From Elsinoe ampelina (Eukaryota): a DNA stretch of 64,000 bases. The stretch's first letter is position 1. Each line of letters begins with the position of its first letter. A program made the position numbers and the translations under genes. The stretch spans positions 382,760 through 446,759 of the forward strand of contig ML992502.1 of NCBI GenBank assembly GCA_010093995.1. Reading direction: 5' to 3'. Shown piece by piece: positions 12,568 to 23,563 of this stretch. A model generated the notes under the pieces. It saw nothing but the letters and a program-made list of their open reading frames with translations, did no database searches and was not told the origin of the DNA.

Positions 12568-15500
12568 ATGTCCCTAACCCTCCACCACGCCCACACAGGG
12601 CACTCCTACCCTCTCGACCCCTCGCGCCTCCCTAACCTCGACGCCCTACGCTCCCACCTCGTCTCCCTCCTCGCCATCACACCGAAACACCAGGTGCTGC
12701 TCACGGCGAAAGGGAAGAGCGTACGGCCACAGTCTCTCCTCACAGAGCCGGAGCTGTTCCTCTTCGATGCCGCGCTGTTGGATCCCGGGATCGGGGGGAG
12801 CACGGGGAGTTTGAGGGGTAGTTCCGTGGCGGCGCAAGGACAAGGGCAGGGACAGGGAGAGGTGTTTCTCCCGGATGCGGAGGAGGTGGATGCCGGACAC
12901 GTGCCGGATGTGATTACGCGGCAGGACAGTTTGGTTGCGTGGAGGGGGTTGTTCGGGGAGAGGTTGGCGTGGGCGAAGGAGGTGGCGGGGAGGTGTGGAG
13001 AGGTGGCGAGGTTGGCGGAACGGGCGGAGGGGGAGAGGGGGGTGATTGCGCGTGGGCTGGGGGTGGCGTTGGAGAGTTTGAAGATACACATCAGGGGGGC
13101 GGAGACGAAGGTTGAGGGGGCGGGGAGGTGGGTGGAGGAGATTGTGAGGGATCAGGAAGGGAAGTTGAGGGGGTGGGAGGGGCATTGGGGCGTGTTGAAG
13201 GGGGTGAGGGGGAGGGGAGATTTTGCTGGGTTTGTGCAGGGTGTGGGCACAGGGAAGAAAGAGGAGGTGACACTCGCGGATATCTTGACGAGGCAGAAGG
13301 TGGAGGGAGCGGCGAGGCAGGCGGAGGGTGTTCTCCTTGGCCTGCAGAAGAAGGTGGGTGACATCAAAGCTACACTGGGTCAACTGCAGAAGCGGGGCGA
13401 TGAGCTCTGGGCCGCTGCGGAACAGATGCAACTATCTTCGATGGAGGCCACGGAGCCGGGCAAGCTGATGGAGGAGATTGACATCATTCTTCGCAAGATC
13501 ACGAGCGACGACAATCACGTTTCGACGCTCCCGAAGACGGCGCAGAGTGTCAGTCAAGCGAGCAAGATGGCGCTGCTCCACACCAGGAACTATCTGCCCA
13601 ACATGCAGGAGTATGCTGCGGAGATGAACGATCTGGTGCGCAAGGCTGTACAAAGCAGGAACAACACCGCGGAGACGTGTTTGCAGCACATGCAAGCTCT
13701 TTCTCGTATAGAAAGCGGCTTGAGCCGAGTGCTCATGGATATAAAAGCTCTGGACATGCCGGCCGATGATCAAGCAGCTTTCGCAACGCTGAACGTGGTG
13801 TCCCGCCTTCCATTCGTCTATGGTTCTCTGCTCGTCGAGGCGGTTCGACGAAAGGAATGGATTGACAAGATGAAGCGCGACTCCGGGACTCTCGCCGAAG
13901 AAATGGCGACCTACCAAGAAGAGGAATCGCGCAGACGTCAACGCTGGTTGAACAGCATAGACGATGTCATCCGGCCGGAACTGGCAAAGAGCAAAGCGCT
14001 CGGCATAGAAGTCAACCTGCAGACAGAGACGGAGCAATGGCCGATCGTGTCCAGACAGGAGATCCAGGAGTACATCGACCAGCTGGTTCGCATCAGGTAT
14101 CCAGAAGAGGTTACCCAGGAATTGACGAATGCGCTTCGCACGTTAGACCATCCTACCAAGAAGCAGATTAAGCACGCCAAAGCTTTCCGGAATGGCAGCA
14201 TGCACGAAGCTGCATTTGGGACGACCTCACTTGCGCTTCGCGGAGAGGACGACTTCAAAGTTATCCGTGATGCCAACGCCAAGCTTGAAGAAGAGCTGCG
14301 AGGACAGAAATCACGTGTTCGCAAGCTAGAAGATCTCCTCCACCGCCAGACTACCGTCTCACGCGCTGCGAGCGGCGACGTCTTCATTCCACAGATGGAG
14401 CTGGTCAGCCGGCCTGACAGCCCGAATATCGGCGGTCGACGGATCAGCGAAGATCTCAGACCTGGTTCCAGCAGAAGCCGACGCACGAGCAGCACCCAAG
14501 CTGGAGAGGAGAAGCGACTCGCAAGACGAATTGTGATGCTCGAAGCTGAAGTGCAAAGTCAGAGAGAACTTCGAGAGGGGATCGAGCGTGAAGCCAGGGA
14601 CCGAGCCGAGGCCCATGCGAGAGGTAAAGAGGAGATCATGGAGGCTGAGAGTGTCAAGAAAGACATTATGCAGAACATGGAAGCTCAACAGAGAGAGTTT
14701 GTAGCCGAGCGAAGAGGCCTGGAGCAGGAATTGACGAATGTCAGAGGAAGGTGCGAAGAGTTGGAGGATGAGCTCGACAGGATTCTCGGCAGCAGAGACG
14801 CCGAGAAGAGTGGCGTCGAAGGGAGAGTGAAGCAGCTTGAAGAAGAGCTGAAGAAGAGAGAGGTAGAGAAGACCAAGAATGTCGAAGAGATGAGGGGTAA
14901 TTGGCTCGCTGAGCAGGAGCGCAGCAGAATGCTGGAAGACCAGCTCAGAGACGCCATGGCAGCCAAGGAAGAGGCAGACGTCAAGATCAAGAGGCTACAG
15001 GCATTGGCTGAGCAGCAGAAGCAGGCCGAGCAGGAGAACTTGGCCGCACTTTCAGCTGTGCATATGCACCTTTCGCCTGGGACAGAGACGCCAGAGAAGT
15101 ATACCTCACTGGTTGTAGCACTGGAAGATCTAGCCCGACGCTCGGCGGCTCATGTCAAGGATCTTGCTGAAGCAGTCGCTTTAGCCAAGTCCGAGAATGA
15201 GTCTCTGCTATTGCAGCACCAGGTACAGACTACAGAGTTGTCGGAGACACGCAAGAAGCAGTCTGATGCCGAGGATGAATTGGCACGCATGCAAGAGCAG
15301 GTCTCTTCGGGGAATGCAAAGGCAGAGTCTCTCTCTTCGCAACTGGACGCCGAGCGTGAGCAACTCAAGTCGCTACGGAGCAAGTTTGCAGAAGGAGAGA
15401 CTGGAGCAGACTCACTGCGTCAACGAGTCGAAGAGCAAGAGCGGGAAGTCGGTCGACTCAGTGAACAGCTGGCAGAAAGCAAATCGCATGTCAACTCGCT

Positions 15501-16866
15501 GGATGTCGAGCTCATGCGAGTACAGAACAAGCTCAATGCTGCGACTGCCACTGCCGAGTCCGCACAAAATCGCCTCGACGTCCGGTCAGCTCGCGCAAAG
15601 GACCTCTCCCAACGTCTCTTCGCCCAGAACGCGCGTCTGTTGCGCCTGCTGGAGAGTCTCGGATTCGCCGTGTCCCACAACAATGGTAACATGGTCATCG
15701 AACGTGCCAGCAAGGTCGGCGCCTCTACCACCCTCACCGAACCAAGCATGTTCCTCCAACGCACCGTCTCCCTCACCTCCCCACCAACAACCCGCAAGAC
15801 CTCAAGCGCCCTCCCTCAAACCCTCTCCTCCCCGCCATCCCCTACCTCCCTCTCCTTCCTCCACTGGCCCGACGCCTCCTCCCCCGCATCCGAAGAAACC
15901 CTCTACACAGCCTTACAATCCCACCTCTCCCTCTTCAACACCGACACCTTCTCCGACGCCCTCGCCAAACGCCTCCGCGACTTCGAATACACGGCCCGCA
16001 AATTCCGCCTCGAAGCCCGCACCGCCTCGACAAAAGCCGCCCGCTTCGCCACAGAAGCACACACCAAGCTCGCCGTGCGCGATTTCAAAGAAGGCGACCT
16101 CGCCCTCTTCCTCCCCACCAAAGGCAAGGCAGTCGGCGCCTGGGCCGCGTTCAACATCAACTCGCCCCACCATTTCCTGCGCGAAAGGGAAGGCATGGCG
16201 CTCGGTCGTCGCGAGTGGCTCGTTGCTCGCATCCAGAAAGTCGAGGAGCGGGTGGTGGATCTCGGCCGCAGTCTCCGCGTCGAAGACGGGGGGAGCGTGC
16301 GTAGCGTCAAGACCGGCGGACAAGGTCAGGCTGAAGGAGACAAGGACAGGGAGGAGTGGCTTGACAGCGAGAATCCCTTTGACCTCTCCGACGGATTGAC
16401 GTGGTACCTTGTTCATGCTACTGAGGAGCGCACGGGTGCACCTATCATGCCTGGCGCGGGCAAGGTGACTGTGCAGGGGAGTCTGGAGAGCGCGAGGGCG
16501 GAGAAGGCGGGACGGACGACGGGAGGGGAAGGCGAGGGGAGGGGGGTGAAGGATCTCAAGGAGAAGTTGGGGAAGAGTCTGGAGAGTAGGAGGAGTAGTT
16601 CGACGAGTAAACGCAGTGGGAGCGCGAGTGTCAAGGGGTTGCCGATTGCCGGTGCCGCAGGGCAGGCACAGGGGGTGGGGTCAGGGAGTCCGAGGGTGGA
16701 GCAGTCCGGGCTAGGTGCGGTGGGGGTGAGTGTGTCCCCTGCGAGGGAGAGTGAGGTCGGGAGTCCTGGGGCAGGGGTGGGGCAGGGATTGGGCGTGCGA
16801 AGTGCCTCGTCGACGGCGGAGGAGGAGCAGGATAAGGTCCGTACCGATCTGCTTTTTGGGCCGTGA
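12568..16866 (+). CDS. ATG11: Autophagy-related protein 11 (selective autophagy scaffold)
   Basis: N-terminal MSL..HAHTG, long coiled coils, and a C-terminal Atg11 domain (KLAVRDFKEGDLALFLPT..WAAFN..NPFDLSDGLTWY). Confidence 0.92.
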   Translation: MSLTLHHAHTGHSYPLDPSRLPNLDALRSHLVSLLAITPKHQVLLTAKGKSVRPQSLLTEPELFLFDAALLDPGIGGSTGSLRGSSVAAQGQGQGQGEVFLPDAEEVDAGHVPDVITRQDSLVAWRGLFGERLAWAKEVAGRCGEVARLAERAEGERGVIARGLGVALESLKIHIRGAETKVEGAGRWVEEIVRDQEGKLRGWEGHWGVLKGVRGRGDFAGFVQGVGTGKKEEVTLADILTRQKVEGAARQAEGVLLGLQKKVGDIKATLGQLQKRGDELWAAAEQMQLSSMEATEPGKLMEEIDIILRKITSDDNHVSTLPKTAQSVSQASKMALLHTRNYLPNMQEYAAEMNDLVRKAVQSRNNTAETCLQHMQALSRIESGLSRVLMDIKALDMPADDQAAFATLNVVSRLPFVYGSLLVEAVRRKEWIDKMKRDSGTLAEEMATYQEEESRRRQRWLNSIDDVIRPELAKSKALGIEVNLQTETEQWPIVSRQEIQEYIDQLVRIRYPEEVTQELTNALRTLDHPTKKQIKHAKAFRNGSMHEAAFGTTSLALRGEDDFKVIRDANAKLEEELRGQKSRVRKLEDLLHRQTTVSRAASGDVFIPQMELVSRPDSPNIGGRRISEDLRPGSSRSRRTSSTQAGEEKRLARRIVMLEAEVQSQRELREGIEREARDRAEAHARGKEEIMEAESVKKDIMQNMEAQQREFVAERRGLEQELTNVRGRCEELEDELDRILGSRDAEKSGVEGRVKQLEEELKKREVEKTKNVEEMRGNWLAEQERSRMLEDQLRDAMAAKEEADVKIKRLQALAEQQKQAEQENLAALSAVHMHLSPGTETPEKYTSLVVALEDLARRSAAHVKDLAEAVALAKSENESLLLQHQVQTTELSETRKKQSDAEDELARMQEQVSSGNAKAESLSSQLDAEREQLKSLRSKFAEGETGADSLRQRVEEQEREVGRLSEQLAESKSHVNSLDVELMRVQNKLNAATATAESAQNRLDVRSARAKDLSQRLFAQNARLLRLLESLGFAVSHNNGNMVIERASKVGASTTLTEPSMFLQRTVSLTSPPTTRKTSSALPQTLSSPPSPTSLSFLHWPDASSPASEETLYTALQSHLSLFNTDTFSDALAKRLRDFEYTARKFRLEARTASTKAARFATEAHTKLAVRDFKEGDLALFLPTKGKAVGAWAAFNINSPHHFLREREGMALGRREWLVARIQKVEERVVDLGRSLRVEDGGSVRSVKTGGQGQAEGDKDREEWLDSENPFDLSDGLTWYLVHATEERTGAPIMPGAGKVTVQGSLESARAEKAGRTTGGEGEGRGVKDLKEKLGKSLESRRSSSTSKRSGSASVKGLPIAGAAGQAQGVGSGSPRVEQSGLGAVGVSVSPARESEVGSPGAGVGQGLGVRSASSTAEEEQDKVRTDLLFGP

Positions 16867-17055
16867 GGGATGTCTGTCGAATTTATCCGCGGGGAATGTA
16901 GGATCGGGATAGGGTCACATTTCATTCTTCATACACGACGAGTGGAATCGATCCTTTCTCGTCCTCTACCCCTCGCTTCGCCAGACAGTCGTCGCCCCAC
17001 CCTGTTCAATGCTTTTGCTTTCGTCTGTTCCATGCACCCCTTCACACCCCCTCCA

Positions 17056-17084
17056 TCCCTCCCTCCCTCCCTCCCTCCCTCCCT
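17056..17084 (+). repeat. (CCCT)n microsatellite
   Basis: Tandem tccc/ccct run directly visible. Confidence 0.85.
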
Positions 17085-17128
17085 GCTTCCGTCCTCTATT
17101 CGGGTCCACCCCACTAACACCCTCCCAG

Positions 17129-17719
17129 CTCCTGCCCCCAACACCCTTCCCCCCCACCACCACAGGCCTCTCCCCCGCCACCCTCATCTCCCCCATCAAA
17201 CCCCCGACCTCCCGCCCCGGCTCTTCCAGCGGGGTCGCAAACCTGCACGTCCCTTCCCCTGCACTCCCCTTGCCGCGCCAGAGCCCCGAGCTAGGCCCTG
17301 ACGTCGACCCGGTAGACGACGCGGTGGCGAGCGCGATGAATACTAGTTTGAGACTGAGGACGCCGAAGAAGCAGACACCTATTACTCAGAGAGGGGAGGG
17401 GGGTGGGGAGGGGGTGGAGGGAGGAGGAGGGGGGGCGGATACAGGGGCAGGGCCTGGCTTGGGCCTGAGGGAGAGTAGATCCGTGCGGGCGCTGAGGGGG
17501 AATTTGTTAGCCGGGGCGAGTCCTGTCAAGGGGACGGGGGGTTCGGGGAAGAGTGTGAGGGGGTCGTCTGCGCACGGGACGGGAGGGGAGAAGGGGGTGG
17601 GGGAGGAGGGGAGTCCGGTGAAGGCGCCGGGGCAGGGGCATAAGAAGAAGAATAGTCTGCCTGGGTGGAGGAGTTTGTGGAGTGTGGATTATGGGATTGA
17701 GGGGGGCGGGGAGGGTTGA
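17129..17719 (+). CDS. ATG11: Probable alternative terminal exon of ATG11 (intron 16837-17128)
   Basis: Phase-0 donor AAG|GTCCGT, branch CACTAAC at 17112-17118 and acceptor CCTCCCAG at 17128 are in frame with an open frame ending ..GWRSLWSVDYGIEGGGEG*. Confidence 0.6.
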   Translation, partial: LLPPTPFPPTTTGLSPATLISPIKPPTSRPGSSSGVANLHVPSPALPLPRQSPELGPDVDPVDDAVASAMNTSLRLRTPKKQTPITQRGEGGGEGVEGGGGGADTGAGPGLGLRESRSVRALRGNLLAGASPVKGTGGSGKSVRGSSAHGTGGEKGVGEEGSPVKAPGQGHKKKNSLPGWRSLWSVDYGIEGGGEG

Positions 17720-18460
17720 GCTGCGGGGGGGGAATGGGATGGTCGAGTTTTTTTGGTTTGGGGTGGCATTTTTAGCGAAGGGTGATAGGGACGTGGCCGG
17801 CACGGTTTTGGGTGGGGGCATGCTCGGATGCAGTAATGCTAATGACTATTCTTGAATACCTTCACGGCTGGGAAAAGCTTGTGATGTCTCGGCTGCATTA
17901 CGAGTGCGCTATTGTCCTCTAGCTCTAACGCCATCCATGCGTGCCAAAGGGCAGGAGACGATTCCCTCCCTACGCAATGCAATAGGCTTGCAGAAACAAA
18001 GCCTTCCTCGCCAGGCTTCCTATCCAGCCAGCCGGCGTGCCTCGACGGGATCGATTCCACCGCCAGTGCCATGTACCTGTCATGTCTGTGTGGTGCCGTG
18101 GCCCCAGTCTACAACTCCCGGCTGAAGTGAAGTGGTCGATTAAATTTAACAAAAGAAACTCGTTGCAGTGATCGCTTGCTTGCTTCCCTGCGACCTGCAT
18201 GATCGTGTCGAGAACAAATGGAGAGAGGAAGCAGTGCCGCTCGTTGGCTGCCACCAAAGTACCGTGGAGACTGCCTCAGATACGATGGCGAAGCTAAAGA
18301 CATGCCGCACGCCCAGTCTTGCAGGTCTGGGGACATTGCTGGTTCAGATGTCGAGGCATAACATCGCTCCTGATACACTTCCGACGGGTGCATTCCGCTG
18401 CAGCCGGCATTTGACCTCCTTCAGCTTTGTTCTCGCGATTCATCGGATTTCCGTCACGCT

Positions 18461-20328
18461 CTACAGCTCCTCGTCTTCGTCGGGAAGTGGTGTGCTTGCT
18501 GCTGCCGTGCTCGCAGCTGTCGCACTTGTTGTAGTAGAGGCAGCAGGCGGATTGGACGACATTGTAGGATGACTGGTGGGTGCTTCGGTCTTGTGTTCGA
18601 GCGGTGGGAAGACATTATTCTCTAGCCCTTCGATGCTTGCCCTGTGCTTCTTGAAGGGACTAGCAAAGGCGCTCATGTTGAGAGATGTAGGATCGGTCGA
18701 TGAGATATCTGGTGGACTGCCTGCATTCGCAATGGCTGACAGACCGGACAGCGGCGTGCCAAGGGGAGGTGAATCTGCCGATGCTAGGTGTGGTGACTTG
18801 CGTGTTTCGTTGACGGGATCAGATGAATGAGCACGCTTGAGCTGTTGGGTCTGTCAGCGATGGTTCTGGACACAAGTCGGAATTTTCCCACCTTGATCTT
18901 GCGTACACCGTCTGCCAACTCGCCCTGCTTACGAGCATCGAGGGGAGACAGGTGGCCACCATTTCTGTTGGTCGACTCGGGCTCTTCATCATCGTCCTGC
19001 TTGCGCTTTGCAAGTTGGTCATCGTCATCAGCGTCGCTATCCATGGCATCATCATCGTCATCGCCCTTGGAGTCCTTCTTCTTACCACCGCCCCGCTCGC
19101 GATCGCGATAACTCGTGAAGCCCACCGTTCCGAAGCGATTGAGGGGTCCCAGTTTTGAGAAGTCGGTCGACTTGCGCTTTGGTGCTACATTTGTCTCGAC
19201 AGTCTTCTGCGTTTCGAGGATACCCATCTTGCGGAGTTGTTCTGTTTGATGTTAGTACCTCATAAATTATTGATCTGGATGTGACTTACTATCGCTGCGG
19301 TAGAAGAAGGTGAAAGTCGCATATGGTGAATCAGGTGGGTCGAGTCCGGTGACAGTCTGAGTGCTGATGGTCTTTGGGTCCAGTGTCTTGGGTTGAGCGA
19401 AAGAGGTGGTGTGCTCTATGTCTGCGTCTCCGCCATCGTTCTGCTCTCCCTCATCGTCGTGTGCGTCGAACTGTGGTTGGTATTCTCCCCTCTTGATCTC
19501 TCCGCTGGCGAGGACCCTGAAAAGAGAGACTTTGATTTGACCAGCCGCTTCGGCGTCTGGAGGCTCGTCATCTGAGTCGTCCGAGGACTGTGCCTCCTCC
19601 ATGACGCTCTCGACGGGCGACGATTGATCTCCTCCGTAGCGCAACACTCCATTCCTATCGTTTGTGGGCTTCTGGTCCTGCTCATCGTCGCTATCAATGG
19701 CTTCGCGTTTCACCCTGCTTCTCTTTTCGAGCTTCTTGTGCCTTTTCTCAATCTTGGCCGCCTTGTCCTTTTCCTTGCCTATCAGGTCGAGTCCATTGAG
19801 CCATCTCTCCAGGCCGACCTCACGGAAGAGGAATTCCCTTTCGGCCAGACCACCACCCTCGGCGTCCGGCACGCTGACCCACCTGCTATTGACCCATGTC
19901 TCTTCACCGCGGCGTAATAATGTGGCCACTTCCTCTTTTGGTCTTCCGTCGAAATAAATGTAGGCGGCCAACGTCTCATTCGGCGAGGTGGTGCGGGGAA
20001 TGTAAGGTCCGATTACGGGTCCATATCTTCCACGGTCGTTGAGCGTACCTGGGAAGGAGCCGACAACTTTGCCCTGAGGGTATGGATCTTCGGCTGTGGG
20101 TTTCGGTGCAGAGTAAGGCACTCGCTGACCAGGTACGAGTAATGTGATCGAGACAGCGAAGTTACTCTGCTCGGGTACACCCGTGGTGGAATCGGAGGGG
20201 ACCTTTGGCGCGGGAACTGGGATGTAGGAAGATATGCGCGACTGCCTGCTCTGTCTTTGTATCGAGTGTTCTGGTAGAGGTCCCTCGGGAGTGTGGATGC
20301 TGACCGCAAGGCCTTTGAAGCAAGGCAT
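18461..20328 (-). CDS. Uncharacterised fungal protein; exons 20328-19290, 19241-18892, 18841-18461
   Basis: Three ORFs are joined in frame by GT-AG introns with branch sites (FFYRSD-KQLRKMG; VRKIK-LKRAHS). Confidence 0.8.
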
Positions 20329-20942
20329 AATGGCCGGCGGTGACCAGCGCTCACTGAGCGCGGGCCGAGTTCACTGAGCTAGATTTCGCTCGTGACAAAA
20401 GTTCTGAGATCAGGTCGCTCGTCCAAAGTGTTTTGTGGGAAGGGAAGAGGGGTAGCAGAGTATTTGAGGCCGACGAATTGTTCGTGGTCCGTGAATCGGA
20501 TCGAGATTAGGGTGGAGCTTGTGTGACAACCGTGGGTGTGAATTCAGATGTACCGTAGGCTCTGCACACCGAATGGATTGCGAGCTGCAGCCCGGATTAA
20601 TGTCTAGGTGTTGCGATTCGTGTTGCATGCACAGACCTGACCTGTAGCCAGGGAGAGGTGTTAAGGAGCACAAGTTCCAGAGGTATAAGTTTACACAGGT
20701 GAAGATGAAGCTCCTCGCGTTGGCCGCCATATGCGGCTCTGAAATTACGGTTGCCGCCTTGTGATTGGTCGGCAACAACTGAGGTGTTCGGCCTCGCACC
20801 TCGAACCCAAACGAGTAGGGAGTGCTCCTTTCCTCTTCGTTTCATATTGAATCTAGAAACTACTACATTGATTCTTTTGTGTTCGTGGTCTTGTATCTTG
20901 TCGTCCATACACATACGATTGAACCGATCATTTACAGATCTG

Positions 20943-22004
20943 ATGAAGAAGAACCTTTTGTTGTGCTTCGATGCATTTGGTACGCTATTTCGACCTCGCC
21001 AATCAGTCTACAAGCAATATGGAGAGGTAGCCAGGAAGTACGGCATCAATGGCTTTACAGATGAAGAATTGGCGACGTCGTTCAAGAATGGTGAGTGTCA
21101 GAAGCTGCTACACGAATGGCATCATGCAGCTTCAGTGCTATGGTTGTGCTGCTGAAACGAACTCATGCTCACACAACACAGCATTCAAGGAGGAATCCAA
21201 GCTAAACCCAAACTACGGGCGAGCCACAGATCTTGGATCTACCAGATGGTGGACGAACGCAAGTGTCACGTGCTTAGCCTTGACTAACTTCTGACGAGGC
21301 AACAGGTGATTGAGAGGACATTCAGTCCATTCATAAAGGGTGAAGAGAAGAAATTACCGCCAGTGCTGGCTCCTGCTCTGCTTCATCGCTTCGGTAGTAA
21401 AGAAGGCTACGAATTATGTGGCGACGCTCAGCGACTATTCAAGAAGTTCTCCGACACTCGTCCCGGCCAGGTGTTCCGTAGAGTAGACCACCAGGAAGAG
21501 AGCATGGCCGACAGACGCTTGGTGGTCGGAGTCATCACCAACTCCGACGATCGAGTCCCAGACATACTCACTTCGTTCGGACTGAAAGTGAAGCCGCTGA
21601 GGCACGGCGAAGACCCACGACCTTACCATCCGACAAACGAAGCTGCAGATATTGATTTCGCCATCATGAGTTACGATGTCGGACATGAGAAACCAGATGC
21701 CAGTATCTTTGATGCAGCGACGACTATGCTGCAGGAGCTTCTCAAAGCGGAAGGCCACAAGGAAGCCGACATATCCGACTGGAGACAGCTCTACGTCGGA
21801 GACGAGATGGAAAAGGATGCTGGAGGCGCTCTCACTGCTGGATGGGATGCTGTCTTGATCGATCGGAGGGATGAGACCATCTTCGAGGATGACGGGACCG
21901 GGGTCCCGCTACCGGCTGCACGTCAGGAGACGAGAGACCTTGGAGATGGCCGGTCTGTTGTGGCGATCAACGATCTGACACTCCTGTCAAAGCTCATCGA
22001 ATGA
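20943..22004 (+). CDS. HAD-like hydrolase (HDHD3-like); exons 20943-21090, 21182-21258, 21306-22004
   Basis: Motifs CFDAFGTL, VITNSDDR, EKPDASIF and YVGDEMEKD. The second intron is GC-AG. Confidence 0.85.
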
Positions 22005-22014
22005 GCTGACCGCC

Positions 22015-23154
22015 TCAAGGCGTGCGTCGCAAATCCAGGATATCCTTGAGCTTCACCGGACCCTTTTGGCCCCAGCCAGGCACTCCGTGCTCGACATCTG
22101 GACGCACGTGGACATACCAGGACCACGATCTTTTATCGAGTTCCTCGCTACTCAGCGTGCTCGCCCAAGACTCAAAGAGCAGATCCAACGCTTTCAAAAG
22201 ACAAGCGACATTGGCGGCTCGCTCCGCAGCCGCCACTGCGGCCGGCTTCTTCTTCCCAGGCTTCTGCTCTGTATCTTCGCCTAACTTGGGGACCGAATCA
22301 AATGACCTGAGGACGTAGCCTTTTGCAGATTGTGGAGAGTATACAGGTAGACCTGCGGTCTCGGCGGTGGAACTTGAAGGGAAAGTCAAGGGTCCGTTGA
22401 GATGCTTGAGCTGTTCAAGATCGATAGCCCAAAGTGCTGGCAGCTCGGATCTCTGGTCATCTGGCTTGACCTTGATATCTTCAGGTGACGTCGTCACGCT
22501 ATCTTCGCCAGTGGGGGCCGACTGTCTCCATTCGTAGCCCCATCTTTTAAGGACACTGATTTCTCGGTTCATCACTTTGACGGTTGGCTGTCCTTGGCTC
22601 CATCCTTCGTCTTCGGCGGTTGGTGTCTTCTGCAAACCGATGGCTTTAGCTTTACTTTGCGATCCGAGACTCACAACCGCCTGTGCCAGACTCAGCTGGC
22701 TCGAAGGTGGTTGTTCCGGCATGGTGAACTTGACGACAGTCGCGGCGAAAGCAAGCACTAGTGGTGCACGATTGGTGATAAACACCATATCTTCCAGATC
22801 TTCAGCCGGGAGATTCGATACGGCCAGTTCCAATTCTCTCTCGACCTCGGAAGCAGGTCTCGATCCAGCGACTTCGAACGGGTCCTTCTTGACCTTTTTG
22901 ATGGGAGAAGTGGTAGTATCTTCACCTGCAGCCCGCTTCTTGTTGATCCTCTTTGCGGCATTGTGGACTGACTTTGCGATTTTCTCGTCTGGAAATATAC
23001 CCTTGATCGGATCCAGTTTTGCTTTGGACATTGCTTCTACAGATCCTAGTTGCGCTTCCTGTAGTTCCTTTACTTTGGACATCCCCATCGCCAACGGCAC
23101 TTTTGCATCTTTGGTCAAGAAGCGCAGGAGCGCCTGAACATCTGTGGTACTCAT
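22015..23154 (-). CDS. Uncharacterised fungal protein (379 aa)
   Basis: Long intronless ORF with protein-like composition (NRAPLVLAF; WSWYVHVRPDVEHGVPGWGQKG). No function recognised. Confidence 0.8.
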   Translation of the reverse strand: MSTTDVQALLRFLTKDAKVPLAMGMSKVKELQEAQLGSVEAMSKAKLDPIKGIFPDEKIAKSVHNAAKRINKKRAAGEDTTTSPIKKVKKDPFEVAGSRPASEVERELELAVSNLPAEDLEDMVFITNRAPLVLAFAATVVKFTMPEQPPSSQLSLAQAVVSLGSQSKAKAIGLQKTPTAEDEGWSQGQPTVKVMNREISVLKRWGYEWRQSAPTGEDSVTTSPEDIKVKPDDQRSELPALWAIDLEQLKHLNGPLTFPSSSTAETAGLPVYSPQSAKGYVLRSFDSVPKLGEDTEQKPGKKKPAAVAAAERAANVACLLKALDLLFESWASTLSSEELDKRSWSWYVHVRPDVEHGVPGWGQKGPVKLKDILDLRRTP

Positions 23155-23563
23155 GTTGATATCTAAGAGTGCGCTGCCATTCCTGTATGATTCAGCATAC
23201 CATCCGAATTGACATCAAAGAAAGAAAGTGATTGGCGACAAGCGGGATGATGTCGACATACAAGAGTCATGACAGATTAGCGGGGTCGAAGCTCACGATA
23301 AATGAAACTACTAGGATCTTCAGACGTGGCGCATTAATCATGCAAGGAAGACTGGGGAGCTAGATAGTACTCTGCAAAGCACCTGTAGTGACAGAGCGCT
23401 TCCTTCAGATATTAACACATGTATAAATACTTTGCTGGTAGTAAAATCCGTTGATACACATGCTGAGCCGTGAGAGGACTCGATCGGGCCGACCAACCGA
23501 TCATCAAAACGACCGACCTTCCTCTGCTGTCTTCACTATCAGTGTAGGTCACCACGAGTGGCC

